A program made the translations under genes and the position numbers. This document shows, piece after piece, positions 9,423 through 18,326 of a stretch of DNA of 54,798 bases; within the stretch, counting starts at the first letter, position 1, and each line of letters begins with the position of its first letter. The notes under the pieces were generated by a model that saw nothing but the letters and a program-made list of their open reading frames with translations, searched no databases and had not been told where the DNA came from. The DNA lies in assembly GCA_034440375.1 (NCBI GenBank), contig JAWXBZ010000034.1, forward strand, positions 1 to 54,798, read 5' to 3'. The DNA comes from Candidatus Eiseniibacteriota bacterium. Lineage in GTDB: Bacteria > Eisenbacteria > RBG-16-71-46 > JABDJR01 > JAWXBZ01.

Positions 9423-9885
9423 CGTCATCCACCTCGATCATGATGGCCGCGAAGGCGGCGAAATCGCGCGCCGACAGGAGTTTCTTGCGCACCCGGGCGC
9501 TCTTGACCAGTTCCACGATCTTGCCGAGCAGCGGCAGGTAGAGATTGGCCCTCTCCTGCGGAGGGGCGGCGGTCAGGAAGATCAGATGCACCGGCTTGCT
9601 GTCCATCGCCTCGAAATCGATTCCGGGCGTCGAGCGGGCCACCACGACCATCAACTGGGAGATGGCCAGTGAGCGACCATGAGGTACGGCTACGCCCCGA
9701 CCGATGCCGGTCGATCCCAGCTGTTCCCGCTGGCGGAGCATCTCGAGGAGAATCTCGCGGTCCCGAACCTGCTGACCGATTTCCAACGTCTCCACCATTT
9801 CCCGGAGTGCTGCGTCCCGGTTGGTGGCTTTCAGTTCGGGAATGAATCGTTCGATCTCGAAGAAGTCTGGGAGGCGTATTTGCAC
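9415..9885 (-). CDS. ptsN: PTS IIA (Ntr/Fru family) protein
   Basis: REQLGSTGIGRGVAVPHGR with the phospho-His; GIDFEAMDSKPVHLIFL. Confidence 0.85.
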   Translation of the reverse strand: MQIRLPDFFEIERFIPELKATNRDAALREMVETLEIGQQVRDREILLEMLRQREQLGSTGIGRGVAVPHGRSLAISQLMVVVARSTPGIDFEAMDSKPVHLIFLTAAPPQERANLYLPLLGKIVELVKSARVRKKLLSARDFAAFAAIMIEVDDDE

Positions 9886-9894
9886 AAGGCTTGG

Positions 9895-9923
9895 AGTATA
9901 TGAGTCAACGAGCCTCGCGTCAA
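9895..9923 (-). promoter_or_regulatory. sigma70-type promoter for the ptsN operon
   Basis: TTGACG-N17-TATACT; the -35 contains the TGA stop of the upstream GT4; the GTG start is 9 nt downstream. Confidence 0.75.
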
Positions 9924-11101
9924 ATGAACCGTTGTACCAGTGATTGAACCTGCGCGTCGGCGCGCGTCTGCGAATACTGAGCTTCGATCAGTGTCCGACC
10001 GGATTCACCAAGTCGCCGGACGAGTTCGGGCTCGGAAAGCAACCGGACGGCGGCACGAGCCAGCTCGGCGGCATTCCGGCCCAGGAGCCAGTGCTCACCG
10101 TCATGACCGGCAAGACCGCCGATGCCGGTCGGAGTGGCCACCACGGCCCGTCGGGCGGCCAGGGCCTCGAGTAGCCGAATCCGAAGGCCACCACCAAATC
10201 GGAGGGGGATGATCACGACGGTCGCGCGTCGGAACAGTTCGGACAGATCGTCAACCGGGCCGATCACGATGCCGCCGGCCGACCGGACTTGCCGCGCCAG
10301 ATCCGGGGCGAGTCCGCCACCGGCCACTTCAAGACGGGCGCCCGGGCGAGCCCGACGAATCAACGGCCATATCTCATCGAGGAGGTAGTGCAGCGCGTCG
10401 ACATTGAAATCGGCCTGGTAGGCGCCGAAAAAAAGGATCGTCTCCGAATCGGCGCCGGCCGGCAGGTCGAGCGCGTCGCTATCCACGCCGAACGGCACTA
10501 CCTGGATTCGCTCGATATCGATCCCGGAGAGCTGCGACAGGGCGGCTCGATCGGCGGAGGTCAATGTCCAGACCTCGTCCACCGAGCGGCAGGCTTCGGC
10601 CTCGCGACGGCGTTCGTTGTCGTCGAACATCCCCGTCGATCGACGGCTTGCTGCGATTTCAAAATCGGCGTCGTGAGCCAGCAGAACCCGACGCCGGGCG
10701 GGAATCCGATCGAACGCCCGGTAGGTGTACCAGTACTCAAAGATGGCCAGATCGAACGGCCCGGCGCCGGCCTCGCGCCCTGCCCGGTCAATCAGCGCGC
10801 GGGGCGTTGCGTAAAGCGCCCGCGGCGAGTGTCCGGCCAGGAGGCTCTCGAGGTGAAAGGCGGCGCGGTAGAAGGCCCGGTGCGCGATCGATCGCCGATT
10901 CGGCGCCAGCGTCGTGATCACGCGGATGCCAAACTTCCGTTCCAGTTCCTTCGCCGACCCCAGGTCGTCACGGTCGAGCGCTGGTGCGACCAGCGTCACG
11001 TCGTGGGAAGTTGAGAGTGCCCGGAGCAGGCCCACCGTAACCCGGCGCGTCCCCTGCGTTGCCGGCCAGGGCATGATCGGCTTCACGATCACGATCCTCA
11101 T
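9920..11101 (-). CDS. Glycosyltransferase family 4
   Basis: VVPFGVD, ILFFGAY, PLRFGGGLRIRLLEALAARRAVVAT C-terminal GT-B motif. Confidence 0.88.
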   Translation of the reverse strand: MRIVIVKPIMPWPATQGTRRVTVGLLRALSTSHDVTLVAPALDRDDLGSAKELERKFGIRVITTLAPNRRSIAHRAFYRAAFHLESLLAGHSPRALYATPRALIDRAGREAGAGPFDLAIFEYWYTYRAFDRIPARRRVLLAHDADFEIAASRRSTGMFDDNERRREAEACRSVDEVWTLTSADRAALSQLSGIDIERIQVVPFGVDSDALDLPAGADSETILFFGAYQADFNVDALHYLLDEIWPLIRRARPGARLEVAGGGLAPDLARQVRSAGGIVIGPVDDLSELFRRATVVIIPLRFGGGLRIRLLEALAARRAVVATPTGIGGLAGHDGEHWLLGRNAAELARAAVRLLSEPELVRRLGESGRTLIEAQYSQTRADAQVQSLVQRFI

Positions 11102-12174
11102 GACAGCGTCTCGTCGTACACCGCGATGGTGCCGGCGATCATCCGCTCCCGCGTGAGTCGTTCCAGGAAGCGGGCGCGCGCGGCCGCGGCCAACCGGTCC
11201 CGCGTCTTCGCGTCGACGGCTAATTCGATCAACGCGCCGGTCCAGGCGGCCTCATCCTCTGGTGGGACAAGTCGCCCAACCGAGTCGTCCACGATCTCGT
11301 CCAGGCCGGGAAGATTCGAGACCACCGGCACCGCCCCGGCTGCCATCGCCTCGGCCACGACAAAGGGAAGCCCCTCGATCAGGGAGGGAACGGCCACGAC
11401 ATGCGCAGCAGCGATCTCCAGTGCCGCCGAATCGAGAGCGCCGGTCATCCGGACGCGGCCGGCCAGCACTCCTTCCTTGGCCTTCTGGGCCAGCAATTCC
11501 CGGTCAGGTCCCTCACCAACAATGACAATCTCCATGTCCACGCCGCTGGCGATGGCGGCAGCGGCGGCGCGAAGCAACACGACCTGCCCCTTTCGCGGTT
11601 CCAAACTCCCCACCACGACCACCCGAAACGGTAGGGGTGGCCTCAAGGTCGGCGTTCCAGGGTCTTCCACACCGTTGTAGACCACGCGGATACGATCACC
11701 CCTGACCCCGTGGCGTGAGGCAAGCAACCCGGCATGAGCCTTCGAGATGGTGATGGTCCGATCGATGAGACCGCCCCACAATCGTTTCTGAGCCACCCGA
11801 CGTCGCGAGGGGGCGATGTCGGCAATGTGCTCGGTGGCCACAACGGCACGTCCCGGTCGCGCCATGAGGCGCGCCCACCCCCCGCATCCCATTTCATACG
11901 GGCTTGGCATGTTCATGTGGACAAGGCGAGGATTGATCCGGTCAATCGCCCGGGCCAGTTCAAAGGCGCCGAGAACTCCGCGCCGGCGACGCCATCGAAC
12001 GGTTTCAACGCCGGCAGTGGCCAGATGACCGGCGAGGTCGTCAAGCAGCGCCCGATCCGGAAGGAGGACGACCGGTCGCCATCGTCGTCGGTCGAGCCCC
12101 GCACCGAGCCGCAGAAGGTAGCGCTCCGCTCCCCCTTCGTAGCGGGCGTCGGAGACGAGGGCAATCGGGATCAC
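11098..12174 (-). CDS. Glycosyltransferase family 4
   Basis: GGAERY, VVYNGV, GSLEPRKG and EGLPFVVAEAMAAG (EX7E). Confidence 0.9.
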   Translation of the reverse strand: MIPIALVSDARYEGGAERYLLRLGAGLDRRRWRPVVLLPDRALLDDLAGHLATAGVETVRWRRRRGVLGAFELARAIDRINPRLVHMNMPSPYEMGCGGWARLMARPGRAVVATEHIADIAPSRRRVAQKRLWGGLIDRTITISKAHAGLLASRHGVRGDRIRVVYNGVEDPGTPTLRPPLPFRVVVVGSLEPRKGQVVLLRAAAAAIASGVDMEIVIVGEGPDRELLAQKAKEGVLAGRVRMTGALDSAALEIAAAHVVAVPSLIEGLPFVVAEAMAAGAVPVVSNLPGLDEIVDDSVGRLVPPEDEAAWTGALIELAVDAKTRDRLAAAARARFLERLTRERMIAGTIAVYDETLS

Positions 12175-12220
12175 GGGACTGTGCCGTCCCGCCGGGCGGC
12201 GGGATTCGGTGAGTCCGAAC

Positions 12221-12955
12221 TCAGTAGGCGCCGTCGCGCGATAGCACGGCGGGGAGAGTCCGAAGCAGAATCTTCATGTCGAGCTTGAACGAGCGGTGCT
12301 GGATGTACTGGAGGTCGAGGCGCATCCACTCGTTGAATCCGAGCTTGCTTCGTCCGCTGATCTGCCAGAGACAGGTGATGCCCGGGGTGACATCGAGTCG
12401 GCGTCGTTGCCAGGGCTCGTACTTCTCCACCTCGTCCGGAATCGGCGGGCGGGGCCCGACCAGGCTCATTTCGCCGCGCAATACATTGATCAGCTGCGGA
12501 AGCTCGTCGATGCTGGTTCGTCGGATGAAGCCGCCGACACGCGTCACCCGCGGATCGTTGGCCAGCTTGAAGACCGGCCCATCGACCTCGTTCAGGTGGA
12601 GCAGCGAGTGACGGTTCTCGTGGGCGTCGACGACCATCGATCGGAACTTGAGGAAGGAAAACGGGCGGCCCCCCTTCCCCAGCCGCGTCGAGCGGTAGAG
12701 AACCGGGCCGCGGGAGGAAAGGATGATGGCAAGCGCGATGATCGGGAATACCGGCAGCAGCAAGCCGAGCATGGCCGACGAGCCGACAATGTCGAGAAGC
12801 CGTTTTCCGTACCTCTTGTAGAGGCCGCGATCATCGACCGTGAAGTCGGCGGTGACCATGGCCGGCCGCGCGATGCTGACCGCACGATTAACCTGTCCCC
12901 TCGCCGGCGTGGCGGCAGATGCCAAGCCTGAGGATGCCAATGAAGAACTCTTCAT
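12221..12955 (-). CDS. Priming polyprenyl-phosphate sugar phosphotransferase (Bac_transf domain, short form)
   Basis: KRLLDI, single hydrophobic helix, [42 protein letters not shown]. Start uncertain (12955 or 13003). Confidence 0.92.
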   Translation of the reverse strand: MKSSSLASSGLASAATPARGQVNRAVSIARPAMVTADFTVDDRGLYKRYGKRLLDIVGSSAMLGLLLPVFPIIALAIILSSRGPVLYRSTRLGKGGRPFSFLKFRSMVVDAHENRHSLLHLNEVDGPVFKLANDPRVTRVGGFIRRTSIDELPQLINVLRGEMSLVGPRPPIPDEVEKYEPWQRRRLDVTPGITCLWQISGRSKLGFNEWMRLDLQYIQHRSFKLDMKILLRTLPAVLSRDGAY

Positions 12956-13040
12956 CAGGGGTTCGATCCCTTCTCGCGGTTCTCTTTTTGCCGTCTTGAA
13001 CATGAGGCAGCTCGTGTTGTAGTCAGCGGCACTTGTCGAC

Positions 13041-13085
13041 AAAAAAAGGAGCGTTCCAACCGACTCAGCGTTGGACGGCAGCTCC
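13041..13085 (-). terminator. Intrinsic terminator-like hairpin within the 5' leader of the priming transferase
   Basis: GGAGC..TCCAAC-loop-GTTGGA..GCTCC followed by T7 on the minus strand. Confidence 0.65.
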
Positions 13086-13360
13086 CCTGCTTGTCGCCAG
13101 CATTCGAACCGTTCCCATGGTGATCGGCCGGAGGGTATCACTCTCCAGTTGTCCGTCACCCGACTTACTCAAAATCCCGACCGGGCGGACTGAACTCATG
13201 GCCGCGCGGATCCGGGGTCGCATTGGCACCGTTGCAATCGGGATCGATGACTTCAGATACCTTCTGGGATTCGAAGGTGGTCATTCGGTATTCATCATCT
13301 TATAAAGTGGTCGCTAGATGCTCCTCCGTAAGTTGATGAGGCTCTTGTGATTGGGAAGTG

Positions 13361-13390
13361 AGAGTATCACGCGTCATGAAATGACGTCAA
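13361..13390 (-). promoter_or_regulatory. sigma70-type promoter with a palindromic operator in its spacer
   Basis: TTGACG-N18-TACTCT with extended TG; perfect inverted repeat CGTCAT-N3-ATGACG at 13372-13386; the -35 contains the upstream TGA stop. Confidence 0.6.
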
Positions 13391-14370
13391 TTGGAATCGC
13401 CCTCATGATGGTCCGGGACAACCCCCGCCCGCGACCGCGAGGCCGCCAGCCCGATAAGGGCGTTCAGGAGGAGCATGGCCATGACCAGGGCCGAGTAAGC
13501 CAGGGCTTCCTCCCGGGTCCGCCCCATGCGTTGGAAGAGAATGACCAGCGCCACGTCCCGGGTTCCGATGCCCGAGATGGAAATGGGCAGAAAGGAGGCC
13601 ACAGCAGCAGCCGTCACTGCCACTATCAGAGAGGTGAGGGGAAGCTCCAGGTTGATGGTTCGGGCGAGCAGCCAAGCCTGAAGGTAGTATACAGCCCACC
13701 CGGCCAGCGTAAGTATTCCCACCCGCGCCAGAAGCTCACCCCGGAATGATCGTGATGCCAGGAGCAGCGCGCTGAGGGTCTCGGCCAACTTCCGGCGCAG
13801 GCCCCCCGGACCGGTCTGCTGGTTCGGTGACCGTGAAAGGATGTCTCGCCACCGCCTCGTGGGGCCCCACAGGATGAATCCGGCGGCCGAGAGGCCGAGG
13901 CCGAGGGCCACGAGACTGCCCAGGTAAAGGCTCCGAAATGACCCGGCCAGTGGAATCAGCGCCACGCTGCCGATGAACAAAAGACCGAGGACGTCGAATA
14001 TTCGATCCCAGATCACGGTGGCCATGGCCGGGCCAAGGGGAGCGCCACGCCCCGTCAGGGAGCGGACACGGACAAACTCTCCAACCCGGCCCGGCGTGAC
14101 CAGCCCGGCGAAGAGGCCTTCGAGATAAGCCCGGTAGGAATCTCCGAACGAGATGCCGTCAATGCGAACGGCCCGCTGGAGGTCTCTCCAGCGGGCCGTC
14201 TTGAAAGCGATCATGGGGAAGATCATGAGCCCCGCGGCAATTAGCGGCAACGGTTTGGCCCGTTTCAGAACCCCGGCGATGGCGGCCGGATCACTGCGTA
14301 CGACGAGGAAGACGAAAAGTCCGAGGCCGATGGCCCGGAGAAGCCAGGCCAGCCGCGGATCAGATTTCAC
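13387..14370 (-). CDS. Lysylphosphatidylglycerol-synthase-TM (UPF0104) flippase-like membrane protein
   Basis: KTARW, GLVTPGRVGEFVRV, TVIWDRIFD, LPISISGIGTRD; multiple TM helices. Confidence 0.85.
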   Translation of the reverse strand: MKSDPRLAWLLRAIGLGLFVFLVVRSDPAAIAGVLKRAKPLPLIAAGLMIFPMIAFKTARWRDLQRAVRIDGISFGDSYRAYLEGLFAGLVTPGRVGEFVRVRSLTGRGAPLGPAMATVIWDRIFDVLGLLFIGSVALIPLAGSFRSLYLGSLVALGLGLSAAGFILWGPTRRWRDILSRSPNQQTGPGGLRRKLAETLSALLLASRSFRGELLARVGILTLAGWAVYYLQAWLLARTINLELPLTSLIVAVTAAAVASFLPISISGIGTRDVALVILFQRMGRTREEALAYSALVMAMLLLNALIGLAASRSRAGVVPDHHEGDSN

Positions 14371-15808
14371 GCAGTGAGGTGGCCCCCCGCGCGTCCATCC
14401 CGAAAATCTTGAGACCGGCCGATGCCTTGCGCATGAACTCGCCGACGGACCGCACGCGGCTGCCGACCTTCAAGACGTAGGAAGGGCGCTGGTAGAACGC
14501 CTTGTAAGAGTGAACCAGGAGTTCGAACAGCTCTTCCTTCTTGAAGTTCTCGAGCCAGTACTCCGGCTCGAAGTCGGCGGTCGGGTTCTTGGCAAACTCG
14601 CGCCAGAAGTCCTTCTTCAGAATCCCCTGCTTCAGCCCTTCGAAGTAAACCTCGGTGGCCGGGAAAGGGGTCAGGATGGTGAGGTGGATGTAATCGGGGT
14701 CAATTCGCTTGGCCAGGGCGATCGAGTCCATGATGTCCTCGCGCGTCTCGCTGGGGTTGCCGATCATGAAGTAGGCCAGCGTTTCAATGCCGGCCGCCTT
14801 GGTCATCTTGAAGCCGCGCTCGACCTGGCTGATCGTCAGCCCCTTTTTCAGCACCTTCATCATCCGGTCATTGCCGACTTCGACGCCGTAGTGGATTCGT
14901 TCGCAGCCGGCCGCCTTCATCTTGGCCAGCAGTACTTCGTCCACCGTATTCACGCGAGCGCGGATGTCCCAGCCAAGTTTGATGCCCCGGGCCAGGATTT
15001 CGTCACAGATCTCGTGAACGCGGCGCTTGTTGATCGTGAAGGTATCGTCGTAGATCAGCGTCTCGCGAATGCCGAGGTTGACGATTTCCTCCATCTCGTC
15101 GACGACGCTCATCGGCGAGCGCGCGCGGAAGTTCTTGCCAAGATGGGGGCGATCGCAAAATGTGCATTTGTAGGGGCAGCCGCGGCTCGTGAACATGGTC
15201 GTGATCGGCTGGTGCTTGGCCATCAGGTGCGTGTACTTGGTGTACGGCGTCAGGTCACGGGCCGGGAAGGGCAGAATATCAAGGTCATCGAGGAGGGGGC
15301 GACTTCCCGTATTGACGATCGAGCCGTCCTTGTCCTTGAAAACGATTCCGGGCACCTTGCGCATGCCGGCCAGATCACGCAGGTTGTTCATGAGGTCGGC
15401 GAAGGTCGTCTCGCCCTCGCCGATGACGATGACATCCACGAACGGCAGGCGGATGGTTTCGGTCTGAAAAATATGGACATGAGGTCCACCCAGAGCCACC
15501 ACGATGTCCGGGTTGACTGCCTTGGCAATCCGGCAGATTTCCATGACGTCGAGGATCGTGAACGTCATGGCGGTCACGCCGAGAAGGTCAGGCTGATAAT
15601 CGACGATTCGCTGGCGGATGGCCGCGAAATCGAGGTGCTCGACCTGCGCGTCGCAGATGGCGACATCGTGCTCGGTAAAGGCCCGGAGATAGCCGGCCAC
15701 GTGAAGAATTCCGAGCGGCGGATGGTGCCCCCGCTCCTCGTCAATAACCGTGGGGTTGTTGGCCACAACGGTGTGGAGATCGGGCGGATTCACAAGGAGT
15801 GCTCTCAT
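14360..15808 (-). CDS. Cobalamin-binding radical SAM enzyme (class B methyltransferase-like)
   Basis: PPLGILHVAGYL, LGGPH and GEGE B12-binding domain; SRGCPYKCTFC (CxxxCxxC); YFMIGNPSET. Confidence 0.92.
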   Translation of the reverse strand: MRALLVNPPDLHTVVANNPTVIDEERGHHPPLGILHVAGYLRAFTEHDVAICDAQVEHLDFAAIRQRIVDYQPDLLGVTAMTFTILDVMEICRIAKAVNPDIVVALGGPHVHIFQTETIRLPFVDVIVIGEGETTFADLMNNLRDLAGMRKVPGIVFKDKDGSIVNTGSRPLLDDLDILPFPARDLTPYTKYTHLMAKHQPITTMFTSRGCPYKCTFCDRPHLGKNFRARSPMSVVDEMEEIVNLGIRETLIYDDTFTINKRRVHEICDEILARGIKLGWDIRARVNTVDEVLLAKMKAAGCERIHYGVEVGNDRMMKVLKKGLTISQVERGFKMTKAAGIETLAYFMIGNPSETREDIMDSIALAKRIDPDYIHLTILTPFPATEVYFEGLKQGILKKDFWREFAKNPTADFEPEYWLENFKKEELFELLVHSYKAFYQRPSYVLKVGSRVRSVGEFMRKASAGLKIFGMDARGATSLREI

Positions 15809-16707
15809 CGGTGTCCCCTCTTGTCGATCAGGTCCGCCAGCATGCCAATCACGGCGATCTGGAGTGCGGCCGATAGAAGAACGATGACCGAAATGTCCAT
15901 CACTCGACCCAGTACGAACTTGCTGTAAACCAGCAGCACGATGGCTGCCAGGAGAACAATCCCGCTCAACGGCATGAAGATCTTGAGCGGGTTGAAATAG
16001 AGCGTCGTCCGGACAATCAGATTGGTAAATCCAATCGTGTCCCGGATCGGGTGGATTTTCGACTTCCCTTCCCGTTGGTGGTAGTCGATCGGCACGTACT
16101 TGACGCGATAACCGTTGGACAGCATTGCCAGCGTGATCGTCGTCGTAAACGAGAAGCCGGAGGGAAGGATATTGAAAAACTCCCGTGCCACCGATTTCCG
16201 GAAAACTCGAAGTCCGGAATTGAGATCAGGTATGTCCACACCCGCCAAGTAATTGGCCAAGAGATTCAGAAACTTCTTCGCGGGTTTGCGAATCAGTGGA
16301 ATCTTGACCGTCTTACCAGTACGGGCACCGACAACCATATCATAATATTCCATGTGGCCCAACAGTTTTGCGATGTCCTCATTAGGGTAGGTACCATCAG
16401 CATCAGTAATTACGATGATATCGTGCTTGGCGGCAAGAATTCCCGTCTTAAGTGATTGTCCGTACCCCCGATTGACGTCATGTCGCAGGACCGTAACCCC
16501 GGGTACTTGAGCTGCCTCGTAGGTTCGATCGGTCGATCCGTCGTCAACGACCAGGATCTCACCCGGCAGCCCCAGTTTCTTGACCTGGAGCAGCACGGGC
16601 CCGATTCCCCGCTCCTCGTTGTAGGCCGGTATCAAAAGGGTTACCGGAGGCAAACTCCGGGTACCGGCGGTTTGAGCACTGGACAACTCGACATCAGTCA
16701 GCGACAT
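15805..16707 (-). CDS. GT2 polyprenol-phosphate glycosyltransferase (DPM-synthase/GtrB-like)
   Basis: IPAYNEE, VDDGSTDRT, NRGYG, DADG, DLNSG, two C-terminal TM helices; ATG at 16707 after GGAG. Confidence 0.9.
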   Translation of the reverse strand: MSLTDVELSSAQTAGTRSLPPVTLLIPAYNEERGIGPVLLQVKKLGLPGEILVVDDGSTDRTYEAAQVPGVTVLRHDVNRGYGQSLKTGILAAKHDIIVITDADGTYPNEDIAKLLGHMEYYDMVVGARTGKTVKIPLIRKPAKKFLNLLANYLAGVDIPDLNSGLRVFRKSVAREFFNILPSGFSFTTTITLAMLSNGYRVKYVPIDYHQREGKSKIHPIRDTIGFTNLIVRTTLYFNPLKIFMPLSGIVLLAAIVLLVYSKFVLGRVMDISVIVLLSAALQIAVIGMLADLIDKRGHR

Positions 16708-16739
16708 GCCTGATTCTCCCCTGGTGACACACCCTGCCG

Positions 16740-18326
16740 TTATCGCCCGACCCCGCCTGAGGCGGGTCCGGGAGATATCCCCCTGTTGTCGGCCGGCGGC
16801 GGGACCGGAACCAGCGGAATCCATCCTGATCGCCGGAGGCCGCCCCCCACCACCGGTTCGGCCACGACAGCCGCCCTCCTGGCCCGGACGACATTCAGCG
16901 TGGCCACGACCATTCCGAACACGATCCAGGGCCAGAACTGGTAGTGAGGGCTGCGAAGATACTCGATCTTGAGCTGGTCGATCGCGAAGATGACGATCAC
17001 GATGTGCCAGGCGAAAAGAAGCGACTCCGGATAGTCCCGCCCATTCAGCTGGTGTGTGCCCCAACGGAAGCTGCTCGTCGCAAGCCGCCCAAGAATCCAC
17101 AAGAAGGCGGCGGCACCGAAGATGCCCACGGTATGGAGATAGTAGAGATAGCCGTTATGGGGCCAGAAAAAACGCGTCAGCTTCTCTCGCCCGTGCTCCG
17201 CGAATTCGTAATGTGGCCCGTGTCCCACCCACGGCTTCTCCATGGCCCTGGCCAGAATGTCCGGCCAGAAGGTGCGGGAATCCGGCATCCCGTCAACGAT
17301 TTTGGTATCAAGCAGCCGTTCAAGAACAGAACCGGAAACCGTGAAGGTGGTGAGATAGAACTCGACGCCGCTCCAGACAATGACGGAGAGGCCTACCGTC
17401 ATGAGGAATGTCTTGAACTTCGTGCGCTTTCGGAGCAGGAAAAGCATGTAGATCATGCCCGCCAGGAACGCAATCGTAGCACCGCGCGTGACGGTGGCCA
17501 TCAGCACGAAGAAGTTGAGCAACGTCAGTGCGCCCATGAGGACCCGTTCACGTCGGGCGGTAGCCTGCGCCACCTGGAACATCATGATCGGCAGCATCAA
17601 CGCGTTGAACTCCGCGAACAACTCGAAGTCCTGGAACGGGCCGCCGACGCGGAGCCCATGTTCGATGGCCGACGAATTGTAGTACGCGCCCGAAAGAATC
17701 CACCCGGGTATGATCGGAATCCCGGGCAACGCCAGTTCCCAGATGGCCGTGAGCCAGCAGGTGACGGCCATGATCGTGATGATTCTCATCATCCGTTTCA
17801 ACGTGGCCTCGTCCCGAACCGTGCTGACGATCAGATAGAACACGAAGATCCCGGCCAGGATCGTGCTGAAGTTGATGAGACCGAATTTCAACTGCTCGGC
17901 GTAGGTGACTGCATTGAACGACAGCAGGTAGACGGCCACCAGCAAGAGAACTGGCAGATCAAGAATAGTGCGAACCACCGGCCGGGCGGTCCGAAGGCCA
18001 ATCTGCGCCAGCCACATGGCCGTGATAAGAAAGACGAAAATCGTGTTGCTCGAGGCATAGACGGTTGGAAATGGGTACGGGAAGAGCAGGACGAAGGCGG
18101 CCAGCGAGATCGGGATCGGGAACCGCCAGGCGGCATAGAGAACGAAGATCCCCACCAGGGCCTTGATGACACGCCCCTGCGGCTGACTGATCTGCTGTCC
18201 CAGGAAGTAACCGATGAGAACGGCCGCCAGTAAACCGAGCACGCGCTGCAGCCAGATGTTGTCGAGGCTGAGCCAGGTGGCTCGGGTCATGCCGCGACCC
18301 GGTGGCTTGTCGGTCCTGATGCTCAT
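16740..18326 (-). CDS. O-antigen ligase/Wzy polymerase family membrane protein
   Basis: ~12 TM helices; RVGGPF, TVTRGA, PWVGHG and PHNGYL motifs; start overlaps the upstream stop. Confidence 0.85.
   Translation of the reverse strand: MSIRTDKPPGRGMTRATWLSLDNIWLQRVLGLLAAVLIGYFLGQQISQPQGRVIKALVGIFVLYAAWRFPIPISLAAFVLLFPYPFPTVYASSNTIFVFLITAMWLAQIGLRTARPVVRTILDLPVLLLVAVYLLSFNAVTYAEQLKFGLINFSTILAGIFVFYLIVSTVRDEATLKRMMRIITIMAVTCWLTAIWELALPGIPIIPGWILSGAYYNSSAIEHGLRVGGPFQDFELFAEFNALMLPIMMFQVAQATARRERVLMGALTLLNFFVLMATVTRGATIAFLAGMIYMLFLLRKRTKFKTFLMTVGLSVIVWSGVEFYLTTFTVSGSVLERLLDTKIVDGMPDSRTFWPDILARAMEKPWVGHGPHYEFAEHGREKLTRFFWPHNGYLYYLHTVGIFGAAAFLWILGRLATSSFRWGTHQLNGRDYPESLLFAWHIVIVIFAIDQLKIEYLRSPHYQFWPWIVFGMVVATLNVVRARRAAVVAEPVVGGGLRRSGWIPLVPVPPPADNRGISPGPASGGVGR

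Noticed and set aside
13164-13283. 39-aa uORF MTTFESQKV...GRDFE in the priming-transferase leader
   Set aside because: No RBS at suitable spacing and no recognisable features; a leader-peptide role is not fully excluded.
12960-13355. c-di-GMP-I or cobalamin riboswitch in the glycan-cluster leaders
   Set aside because: By eye, the GEMM (GGCAAA...GAAA...GACGCAAAG) and B12-box consensus elements are absent.
14510-15928. Long antisense ORFs (also 6590-7783, 16944-18233, 38028-39101, 44698-45429, 50657-51745, 52237-53370)
   Set aside because: They lie opposite well-supported genes and carry no motifs; such ORFs are expected at this GC content.
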